From assembly GCA_963590075.1 (NCBI GenBank), contig CAVANK010000008.1, positions 390 through 64,389 on the forward strand: DNA of 64,000 nucleotides, in the 5' to 3' direction. The position numbers and the translations under genes are program-made. Position 1 is the first letter of the stretch. Every line of letters starts with the position of its first letter. This stretch comes from Eshraghiella crossota (lineage in GTDB: Bacteria; Bacillota; Clostridia; Christensenellales; CAG-917). Below are positions 20,326 to 27,962 of this stretch, one piece after another. A model generated the notes under the pieces. It saw nothing but the letters and a program-made list of their open reading frames with translations. It had not been told where the DNA came from and made no database searches.

Positions 20326-21161
20326 ACGTTTTCGCATAGATTTGAGTTTGGAGAGGCTTATTAAAAATTTTGTAAATTAGGGTTGCCACCCAAACGGCGA
20401 ATAACTTTGGACGCGATTGACGTAGCGTAACAATCGCTATTCCGTCACTGCGTTCCTTACAGCACCCCGAGTTTTGCAAATCACGTACGTTTGTACGTTG
20501 GGTTTTGTTTCGGACGGGTGTTTATATGTTGTAGTCGTAACTCCTCTAAAAACAATACCCCCTCTTTCCGGACACGCCGGCATTTCTCGCCCCACTCGGT
20601 TAGGGACATTTCTCTACAAGAGTACCCGTCGCTCGCGGGGGAGACAACGGCACTCGCATAGATAGGGACATTTCTCTACTTGTGCCACTCGTTCGCCAAC
20701 GAAAAGAACAATACTCGTTGGCTCACTTGTACTACACCCACAAGGCTTCCACACACAAAGGACAAGTGAACGAAAGTGTGATATGTAAGATGAAAGCGTA
20801 GCCTTTTGTGTGAAGGAAAAAAGGAGCACCAAGGCAAAAAGCAAACAATTGGCACAAGTGACAATTGTGGCTAAAAGCCTTGTGTGTGACGCAAGCTCGG
20901 CACTTATCCGCTCGTCGCCTTGCGACTCGAACTCCGAATAAGCAAATTCCGTGTATAAGTACGCTTTGAATAAGTTTTCGTTAATTAGTCCGCTCTACAA
21001 GTTCGCGGACGGTGGTTTCTATTCCGTTTTCAAATAGGCACATTCCGTTAATAAGTGCGCCCCGAATGAGAGAGCGTTTAATTCCAAATTATCCTTTTTT
21101 ACCGAAAGTCGATATTATTCATATCAAAAATCGATAAATTTTTCTAAAATTCAATTTGTGC

Positions 21162-21190
21162 TTGCGACATTACTTAACATATGCTAATAT
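21162..21190 (+). promoter_or_regulatory. Candidate sigma-A promoter of the hydrogenase operon
   Basis: TTGCGA, 17 nt, TAATAT, 43 nt upstream of the hydC start. Confidence 0.4.
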
Positions 21191-21232
21191 ATATAAGGTT
21201 ATCATTTTATTCAACAAAGGAGGGGCTGAATT

Positions 21233-21715
21233 ATGGCTCATTTAAGTGAGGCGGCTGTTGCTCAAATCAACGCGATTTGCGACAGATACACCGATGAAAA
21301 AACCCCGCTTATGATGATTTTGAGCGATATTCAAAAGGAATACGGATATATTCCCATCGAAGTGCAAGAAATCGTCTCCGAAAGGACGGGGATCTCAGTT
21401 GCGGAAATTTACGGCGTCGTGACTTTCTACTCGTTTTTCTCGTTAGCACCCAAGGGGAAATACGTTATAGGCGTATGTCTCGGCACGGCTTGCTACGTCA
21501 AGGGCGCACAACAAGTTATCGACAAGTTCTGCGAAGTGCTCGGCATCAAGCCCGGTGAAACCACCAAAGACGGTTTGTTTACTATCGACGCATTGCGTTG
21601 TATAGGCGCTTGCGGTATTGCTCCCGCCGTTTCCATCAACGGTCAAGTTTACCCCAAAGTCGCAGTCAATGCCATCCCCGGCATTGTTGACAGTTATAAG
21701 TCGAGGGAGGAATGA
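21233..21715 (+). CDS. hydC: [FeFe] hydrogenase NuoE-like [2Fe-2S] subunit (HydC/HndA type)
   Basis: 160 aa. Thioredoxin-like [2Fe-2S] ferredoxin Cys pattern (CLGTACYVKG...CIGACGIAP). AAAGGAGG RBS. Confidence 0.85.
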   Translation: MAHLSEAAVAQINAICDRYTDEKTPLMMILSDIQKEYGYIPIEVQEIVSERTGISVAEIYGVVTFYSFFSLAPKGKYVIGVCLGTACYVKGAQQVIDKFCEVLGIKPGETTKDGLFTIDALRCIGACGIAPAVSINGQVYPKVAVNAIPGIVDSYKSREE

Positions 21716-21720
21716 TTGAG

Positions 21721-23604
21721 ATGATTAGAACTTTTGAAGAACTTGAAAGAACTTGCAACGATTGCTCCAAATGTATGGACGCAAAATTTACCGGTCACGA
21801 CGGCAAACGTCACATCGTACTTTGCGGTGGTACGGGCTGTCTTTCTTCCCATTCGGACGAAATCAGAGAAGAGTTTGTAAAGCTTGTCAATGAAAGAGGC
21901 TTGCAAGACAAAGTCACCGTCAACCAAGTGGGTTGCTTCGGCTTTTGCTCGCAAGGTCCTTTCGTCAAAATTTATCCCGAAGACACTCTTTATAGAATGG
22001 TCAAAATCGACGACGTGAGAGAAATCGTCGAAAAAGACATCGAAAACGGCGAAGTAGTGGAAAGACTTCTTTACGTCGATCCCGTCACCAAAGAAAAAGT
22101 TTCAAAACAAGACGATATCACTTTCTACAAAAAACAAGTGCGTATCGCATTGCACGGTTGCGGAAGCATCAACCCCGAAAAGATCGAAGAAGCACTCGGT
22201 GCGGGCGCGTTCAAAGGTCTCGCACGCGCGCTTCAAATGGACAGACAAGAAGTCATCAACGAGATTTTGGCTTCCGGACTCAGAGGTCGTGGCGGCGGTG
22301 GTTTCCCGACGGGCAGAAAATGGCAGTTTGCTTACGCTCAGCCCGACGGTGACAAATACGTCGTTTGCAATGGCGACGAAGGCGATCCGGGCGCGTTTAT
22401 GGATCGTTCCATACTCGAAGGAAATCCTCTTGCGGTCATCGAAGGTATGATGATTGCAGGTTACGCAATCGGCGCACAAAACGGTTATTTCTACGTGCGT
22501 GCGGAATATCCTATCGCCGTGCATCGTTTGCGCATAGCAATCCGTCAAGCGGAAGAAGCGGGCTTGCTCGGCGACAACATTCTCGGGACGAACTTCTCGT
22601 TCCGCGTACATATCCGCCTCGGTGCGGGCGCATTCGTTTGCGGTGAAGAGACGGCTCTTCTCAACTCCATCGAAGGACAAAGAGGTATGCCTCGTCCTCG
22701 TCCGCCGTTCCCCGCAGTCAAGGGATTGTGGCAATCACCGACCATCGTCAACAACGTCGAAACGCTTGCTTGCGTGCCTTACATTATGAGAGAAGGCTTT
22801 GAACAATTCACCAAATTCGGCACTGAAAAATCCAAGGGCACGAAGGTTTTTGCTCTCGGCGGAAAGGTCAACAACGTAGGTCTCGTGGAAGTGCCTATGG
22901 GTACTACTTTGCGCGAGCTCATTTACGACATCGGCGGTGGAATTCCAAACGGCAAGAAATTCAAAGCAATTCAAACGGGCGGTCCTTCGGGCGGATGCCT
23001 CACGGCTGACGACCTCGACGCACTCATCGACTTTGACAACCTCATTGCAAAAGGCTCGATGATGGGCTCGGGCGGTGCTATCGTTATGGACGAAGACAAC
23101 TGTATGGTTGACGTCGCAAAGTTCTATATGGAATTCATTTGCGACGAATCTTGCGGAAAATGTTCTCCTTGCCGTATAGGTACTAAGAGAATGCTCGAAC
23201 TTCTCACCAAGATAACCAAAGGTCAAGCCACTATGGAAGACCTTGACAAGCTCATCGACCTTGCAGGCAACATAAAAACCAACTCCCTTTGCGCCTTGGG
23301 ACAGACCGCTCCCAACCCCATACTTTCCACGCTTGCGCACTTCAAAGATGAATATATCGCGCACATCGTGGATAAAAAGTGTCCGGCGGCAGTGTGCAAG
23401 AGCCTTATGAACTACACGATTATTGCGGACAAGTGCGTAGGTTGCGGACTTTGCGAAAGGAATTGCCCCACCAACGCAATTCACAGCACCAACTATATCG
23501 CGCCCAATCACAAACTCCCGTCCAGAAAAATCGACACGGAAAAGTGCATCAAGTGCGGTATGTGTATGTCTTCGTGCAGACTCAAAGCAATCGAGAAAAA
23601 GTAA
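21721..23604 (+). CDS. hydB: [FeFe] hydrogenase NuoF-like NAD(P)H/FMN subunit (HydB/HndC type)
   Basis: GGGGFPTG FMN/NADH region, a SLBB-like part, the CGKCSPCR 4Fe-4S motif and two C-terminal ferredoxin CxxCxxCxxxCP motifs. ATG 21721 (10 nt after GGAGG) is preferred over ATG 21712, which overlaps the hydC stop. Confidence 0.85.
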   Translation: MIRTFEELERTCNDCSKCMDAKFTGHDGKRHIVLCGGTGCLSSHSDEIREEFVKLVNERGLQDKVTVNQVGCFGFCSQGPFVKIYPEDTLYRMVKIDDVREIVEKDIENGEVVERLLYVDPVTKEKVSKQDDITFYKKQVRIALHGCGSINPEKIEEALGAGAFKGLARALQMDRQEVINEILASGLRGRGGGGFPTGRKWQFAYAQPDGDKYVVCNGDEGDPGAFMDRSILEGNPLAVIEGMMIAGYAIGAQNGYFYVRAEYPIAVHRLRIAIRQAEEAGLLGDNILGTNFSFRVHIRLGAGAFVCGEETALLNSIEGQRGMPRPRPPFPAVKGLWQSPTIVNNVETLACVPYIMREGFEQFTKFGTEKSKGTKVFALGGKVNNVGLVEVPMGTTLRELIYDIGGGIPNGKKFKAIQTGGPSGGCLTADDLDALIDFDNLIAKGSMMGSGGAIVMDEDNCMVDVAKFYMEFICDESCGKCSPCRIGTKRMLELLTKITKGQATMEDLDKLIDLAGNIKTNSLCALGQTAPNPILSTLAHFKDEYIAHIVDKKCPAAVCKSLMNYTIIADKCVGCGLCERNCPTNAIHSTNYIAPNHKLPSRKIDTEKCIKCGMCMSSCRLKAIEKK

Positions 23605-23619
23605 AGAGAGGGAATTATT

Positions 23620-25386
23620 ATGGCTAAAATAAATATCAAAATAGAAGGCGTCCCTTATCAAGTCGAACAAGGCTTGACTATCCTTGAAGCGGCAAAGGCT
23701 TGCGGTTACGAAATTCCGTCCCTTTGCGCGTACAATCACGGTGAATGTTCAAGAGGCTCTTGCAGAGTATGTCTCGTCGAGGCTACCGGTGCAAGAGGTC
23801 TCGTGGCGTCTTGCGTGTACCCCGTCGCAGAGGGTATGGAAATCACAATATCTTCCCCCAAAGCGGTGCAAGCAAGAAGATCTTCTGTGGAACTTTTGCT
23901 TTCCAACCACAACCGCAACTGCCAAGAGTGCGACAAGAACGGCAAGTGTGAACTCTTGCACGTAGCCGTCCTCACGGGCGCAAGAGAGGGCATTTATAGC
24001 GGTGAACAAACGCCCGTAACCGTGGATAAACTCACTCCGTCAATCAAGCGCGACACGAGCAAGTGCGTGCTTTGCGGTAGATGTATCGAAAGATGTAAAA
24101 ATGCGCACGGTTTGTCCGTCCTCGGCTTTGAAAAGAGAGGATTCAAGACTATCGTCGCACCGGCAGAGAATAGAAGTTTTGCCAATTCTCCGTGCATTTT
24201 GTGCGGTCAATGCGTAAGCGTTTGCCCCACTGGCGCACTTATGGAAGTGAGCGAAATCGACAAGGTCGACGCCGCGTTCAAAGCGGGCAAATACGTCGTG
24301 GTGCAAGCCGCGCCTGCCGTAAGAGCGGCACTCGGTGAAGAGTTCGGTATGCCTATCGGCTCGCTCGTAACCGGCAAAATGGTCGCCGCGCTTCGTCGTC
24401 TCGGCTTCAAAAAAGTGTTCGACACCAATTTCGGCGCTGACCTCACCATTATGGAAGAGGCAACCGAGCTTCTCGGCAGAGTTAAAGACGGCGGTGTGTT
24501 GCCGATGATTACGTCTTGCTCGCCCGGTTGGATCAACTACGCGGAGTATTACTACGGAGATTTGTTAAATCACCTTTCTTCTTGCAAATCGCCTCACGAA
24601 ATGTTCGGCGCAATCCTCAAAACTTATTATGCGGAACAAAACGGCATCAATCCCGAGGACATGTACGTCGTATCCGTTATGCCTTGCACCGCAAAGAAAT
24701 TCGAGAAAGAGAGGAAAGAACTTTCCACCAACGGTCTCAAAGACGTCGACGCGGTTCTAACTACGAGAGAGCTTGCCAAGATGATCAAGCGCGCGGGCAT
24801 TATGTTCAACAGACTTCCCGACGAGGATTTTGACAACGATATCGTCGGTGAATACACGGGCGCGGGCGTCATCTTCGGCGCAACGGGCGGTGTTATGGAA
24901 GCGGCTCTTCGTACGGCGGTGGCAGTGCTCGACGGCAAAGAACTCGAACACGTCGAACTCACCGAGGTTAGAGGTCTCGAAGGCATCAAAGAAGCGTCCT
25001 ACAACCTCGGCGGTATGGAGGTCAAAGTTGCGGTCGCTCACGGCATGAAGAACGCCAAAGTCCTCCTAGACCAAATCAGAGAAGGCAAGAGCCCGTATCA
25101 CTTCATCGAGATTATGGGTTGCCCCGGCGGATGCGTCGCGGGTGGCGGACAACCTTACGTCAAACCTTGCTTCCTTCCCAACGAGGATGCCGATATTCTC
25201 GATACTTTCCGCGCAAAACGTGCCTCCGCACTTTACCGTGAAGACGAGGGTAAAACCGTTCGTGTCTCCCATAAGAATGCCCAAGTCCAAAAACTCTACG
25301 ACGAGTTTCTCGGCGAGCCGAATAGCCATCTTGCGCATGAGTTGTTACACACTCATTATACCTCCCGCACCCGTTTCCCGAAGTAA
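23620..25386 (+). CDS. hydA: [FeFe] hydrogenase catalytic subunit, trimeric/bifurcating-type domain layout
   Basis: N-terminal 2Fe-2S domain, His-ligated and two ferredoxin-type clusters, then the H-domain with L2 MPCTAKKFE and L3 EIMGCPGGCVAGGGQP. L1 reads TSCSPGW (see findings). Confidence 0.85.
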   Translation: MAKINIKIEGVPYQVEQGLTILEAAKACGYEIPSLCAYNHGECSRGSCRVCLVEATGARGLVASCVYPVAEGMEITISSPKAVQARRSSVELLLSNHNRNCQECDKNGKCELLHVAVLTGAREGIYSGEQTPVTVDKLTPSIKRDTSKCVLCGRCIERCKNAHGLSVLGFEKRGFKTIVAPAENRSFANSPCILCGQCVSVCPTGALMEVSEIDKVDAAFKAGKYVVVQAAPAVRAALGEEFGMPIGSLVTGKMVAALRRLGFKKVFDTNFGADLTIMEEATELLGRVKDGGVLPMITSCSPGWINYAEYYYGDLLNHLSSCKSPHEMFGAILKTYYAEQNGINPEDMYVVSVMPCTAKKFEKERKELSTNGLKDVDAVLTTRELAKMIKRAGIMFNRLPDEDFDNDIVGEYTGAGVIFGATGGVMEAALRTAVAVLDGKELEHVELTEVRGLEGIKEASYNLGGMEVKVAVAHGMKNAKVLLDQIREGKSPYHFIEIMGCPGGCVAGGGQPYVKPCFLPNEDADILDTFRAKRASALYREDEGKTVRVSHKNAQVQKLYDEFLGEPNSHLAHELLHTHYTSRTRFPK

Positions 25387-25412
25387 AAACCGCGCTATTT
25401 AGCGAATAGCAT

Positions 25413-25500
25413 TGTTAAAGCCCCTTGTCCGTCAACTCATTTACGTTTAGTAAATTAGGGTTGCCGTGCAAGGGGCTTTTCCTTGCTCTTCATCTAAATA
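25413..25500 (+). repeat. About 90-nt repeated element, copy 2: 11-bp stem (25417..25427 / 25469..25479) around the same conserved loop
   Basis: AAAGCCCCTTG ... CAAGGGGCTTT encloses CAACTCATTTACGTTTAGTAAATTAGGGTTGCCGT. Starts about 27 nt after the hydA stop. The T-rich tail (TTCCTTGCTCTTCATCTAAAT) is also similar to copy 1. Confidence 0.7.
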
Positions 25501-25804
25501 TCGCAGTTTTTCAAACGCGGTATGCATCAATTATTAATTATTAATAATAAATCATATTGCTAAAAATATAATTCATTTTGAAAATGGACGATATTTTGCG
25601 GTTTTTGATGTAAAATGCGGGGCGGAATGAGCAAAATTAAGGTTGGTTTTTGTTAAATCAGTTGTTTGGATGAATCGATATAAGTGTTGTTTTGTGGTTT
25701 ATACTCGTTTTGTACTTGGCAATACAGTTCATAGTTGCCAATAAAAAGGTGCAAATACGTAGTCGGAATACAAAATCGAGAAATGCTTATAAAATCTATA
25801 TAAC

Positions 25805-25845
25805 AAAAAAAACGGATGGCATTTTTAGATTGCTATCCGTTTTTA
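25805..25845. terminator. Orphan bidirectional terminator-like hairpin
   Basis: A8, stem AACGGATGGCA/TGCTATCCGTT (11 bp with one G-U pair), then T5. No credible CDS within about 400 nt on either side. Confidence 0.5.
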
Positions 25846-26041
25846 CTCTTGCTTTTTAATTAGTCTTGCGCGCGCACTTGTATCAAAGACTACGGCACGT
25901 CTAATCGTCAAATGGGGAAAATTAGGTGGAATCGAGTTATTTACAGTGCCTATTTTTTAACGCATTTTAGAGAAGATTTTGTTGTGCGGTTTGATGTGAT
26001 TGTATGGTTTATGTTGGGTTGATTTTTTATATTTTGTTGAA

Positions 26042-26103
26042 AGGCGTATGCTTGTCTCGGCGAGCGTAGCGAGCCGACTTGTTAAAAAGACAAGCATACG
26101 CCT
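26042..26103 (-). terminator. Long composite hairpin downstream of the ATPase gene
   Basis: Perfect 15-bp arms AGGCGTATGCTTGTC / GACAAGCATACGCCT enclosing an inner TCGGC/GCCGA stem. Lies 32 nt after the minus-strand stop at 26135. Only a weak U-run. Confidence 0.45.
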
Positions 26104-26134
26104 AAGTGTTACAAGGGATAGTTGAGTATGAAAA

Positions 26135-27487
26135 TCAAAGCAACATCGTCATATAAATGGGCAGATATGTTATGCCCGATTCTTCTTTATAATCTGAAGT
26201 GTGAATCACATATGGCATTGCGGTTTGTTCCTCATATTTCGTGCAGAACTTTTGCAAGGAATTGATCGTGTAATTCTTGCCCGATTTGACTTCTATAGGG
26301 GATATGTTGTGTCTGTTGGTGACTTTGCTTTTTGCAATCAAAAAATCTATCTCCATTCTCGATGCAGAATCGTTTTGCGATGCGCTTGAATAGAAATATA
26401 ATTTATGACTAGACGCTACAAGCATTTGCGCAACGATGTTTTCCACAAGCATGCCTTTGTTCACTTCCAACTTGTCAAAAAGCAATTTCTTGTATATTTC
26501 TTCTTCGGCAATGCCTTTTTCGTCGAAAGCGTGGCTTATAAGCAATCCCGTGTCCGCCATATAGCATTTGAGCGTTGTTCTGTCCATATTCAGTTTCAGC
26601 CCTATGTTAGGCGCGGTTGAATTGTAACAGTTGTTGACTATCATTGCGTCATCAAGCCAGAACAAAGCGTCTTCGTATTCACGGAAGCGCGCTTCTTTTT
26701 TTATGGACGAAAGTTTAAACTTTTTCTCGTGTTTTTGCAGTTGCGACGGTATCTCGTCAAATATGCTTTGAACCTTAACCTTGTATCCTTCGGCGTGTTT
26801 GCCGATGTCATTTCTATACAAGGTCAAGATATCTCTTTTTACGGCATCTACCTCATTGAAATCCTTGGTGTTTACATATTTTTCAACCGCTTGCGGCATT
26901 CCGCCCACAATCATATATTGACGGAAATAATCCATTGCTTTTCGGTGGAGCGCCTGTCCCATTGGTTTTTTGTCGTTATAATTTTTGCGGATTAAATCCA
27001 TAAGCGTGTCGTTTCCCATTGCCCACAAAAACTCTTCAAAATCCATAGGATACATTTTTATGTGTCTCTCTTCGGATGGAATGACAATATTTTTGACATT
27101 CTTTTTTATGGAAACGAGCGAGCCTGTTTCGATATAATCGAATCTACCGTCCTCAACGAGATATTTTATAGCTGCGCGCGCTCGCGGAAACATTTGAACC
27201 TCGTCGAAAATAATCAACGATTCTCGCGGATATAGTTTGGTGTTGAAATATGCGCTCAAATACACAAAGAATGTGTCCAAATCGTTCAGATATGCGTCGA
27301 ATAAATTCTTGACGTCGTTTCCGACTTTGTTAAAATCAATGACTATATACGATTTGTAATATTCTTGTGCAAATTCTTCTGTAATATAACTTTTGCCGAC
27401 ACGTCTTGCGCCGTCGATTAAAAGGGCGGTTTGCCCGTTTGAAGATTGCTTCCATTCAATCATTTTATCAAAGATTTTGCGTTTCAT
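26135..27487 (-). CDS. AAA+ ATPase with C-terminal PD-(D/E)xK-like domain (AAA_14 + DUF4143 architecture)
   Basis: Walker A GARRVGKSY, Walker B LIIFDEVQ, and a C-terminal EIDFLI...PIEVKSGK motif. ATG 27487 (GGGAG RBS) is preferred over the GTG at 27493. Confidence 0.8.
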   Translation of the reverse strand: MKRKIFDKMIEWKQSSNGQTALLIDGARRVGKSYITEEFAQEYYKSYIVIDFNKVGNDVKNLFDAYLNDLDTFFVYLSAYFNTKLYPRESLIIFDEVQMFPRARAAIKYLVEDGRFDYIETGSLVSIKKNVKNIVIPSEERHIKMYPMDFEEFLWAMGNDTLMDLIRKNYNDKKPMGQALHRKAMDYFRQYMIVGGMPQAVEKYVNTKDFNEVDAVKRDILTLYRNDIGKHAEGYKVKVQSIFDEIPSQLQKHEKKFKLSSIKKEARFREYEDALFWLDDAMIVNNCYNSTAPNIGLKLNMDRTTLKCYMADTGLLISHAFDEKGIAEEEIYKKLLFDKLEVNKGMLVENIVAQMLVASSHKLYFYSSASQNDSASRMEIDFLIAKSKVTNRHNISPIEVKSGKNYTINSLQKFCTKYEEQTAMPYVIHTSDYKEESGITYLPIYMTMLL

Positions 27488-27743
27488 ACACACTCCCGCA
27501 TCACGTTTTTGAGATTTTTATAATGACATATTATCACGTTTTCGCGATTTTTACAATAATAATATATCACATAATCAATGGTTTTTCAATAGAGATTTAG
27601 CAAAATTATGATATATTTTGGCTTTTGTTTCGCAATACTTTGTGCCCTGTTCTGTGGTTTCACCACGGCTTTTATGTATGATGCGAACAACGGTTGATTT
27701 TAGGAATTATAATCTATTCTAATGTTAGTAGCTATATACAGTG

Positions 27744-27773
27744 TTGACAAAATGTGCGGAATCGTCGTATTAT
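27744..27773 (+). promoter_or_regulatory. Candidate sigma-A promoter of the LRR lipoprotein / small ORF / SIR2 transcription unit
   Basis: TTGACA, 18 nt, TATTAT, about 190 nt upstream of ATG 27963. Confidence 0.5.
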
Positions 27774-27962
27774 AGAGGTGCGATAAACTTAAAATCTGAT
27801 AAGAAAGACCTTTTACTTCGGTAACAGGTGCATTTTTCGCGTTACATAGCTTTCTTATCAGACATAGCATGTGGGTTTATCGCAAAAATCAGCGGGGATG
27901 CACTTGTTATATTTTTACTAGATCATTTGAAAATCCCTGCAATACAAACTGCGAGGGAGAGC

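Noticed and set aside
20601-20679. Two exact 17-nt repeats TAGGGACATTTCTCTAC, considered as a remnant CRISPR array
   Set aside because: There are only two copies, the repeat is too short, the flanks are partly similar as well, and no cas genes or leader are present. Kept only as part of the unexplained noncoding region.
20236-25500. Repeated stem-loop elements considered as integron attC sites flanking a cassette
   Set aside because: There are no RYYYAAC/GTTRRRY core sites, no integrase or attI, and the enclosed unit is a three-gene operon with its own promoter rather than a promoterless cassette.
25560-25800. Tiny + strand reading frames of 9, 13 and 24 codons (for example MNRYKCCFVVYTRFVLGNTVHSCQ), considered as micropeptides
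   Set aside because: No convincing RBS, and nothing to separate them from chance ORFs in AT-rich DNA. Mentioned only under the orphan-terminator finding.
27795-27862. 13-bp inverted repeats considered as an invertible promoter switch (inverton)
   Set aside because: Only 42 bp lie between the arms, too short to carry a promoter. No invertase gene is nearby, and the candidate promoter lies outside the repeats.
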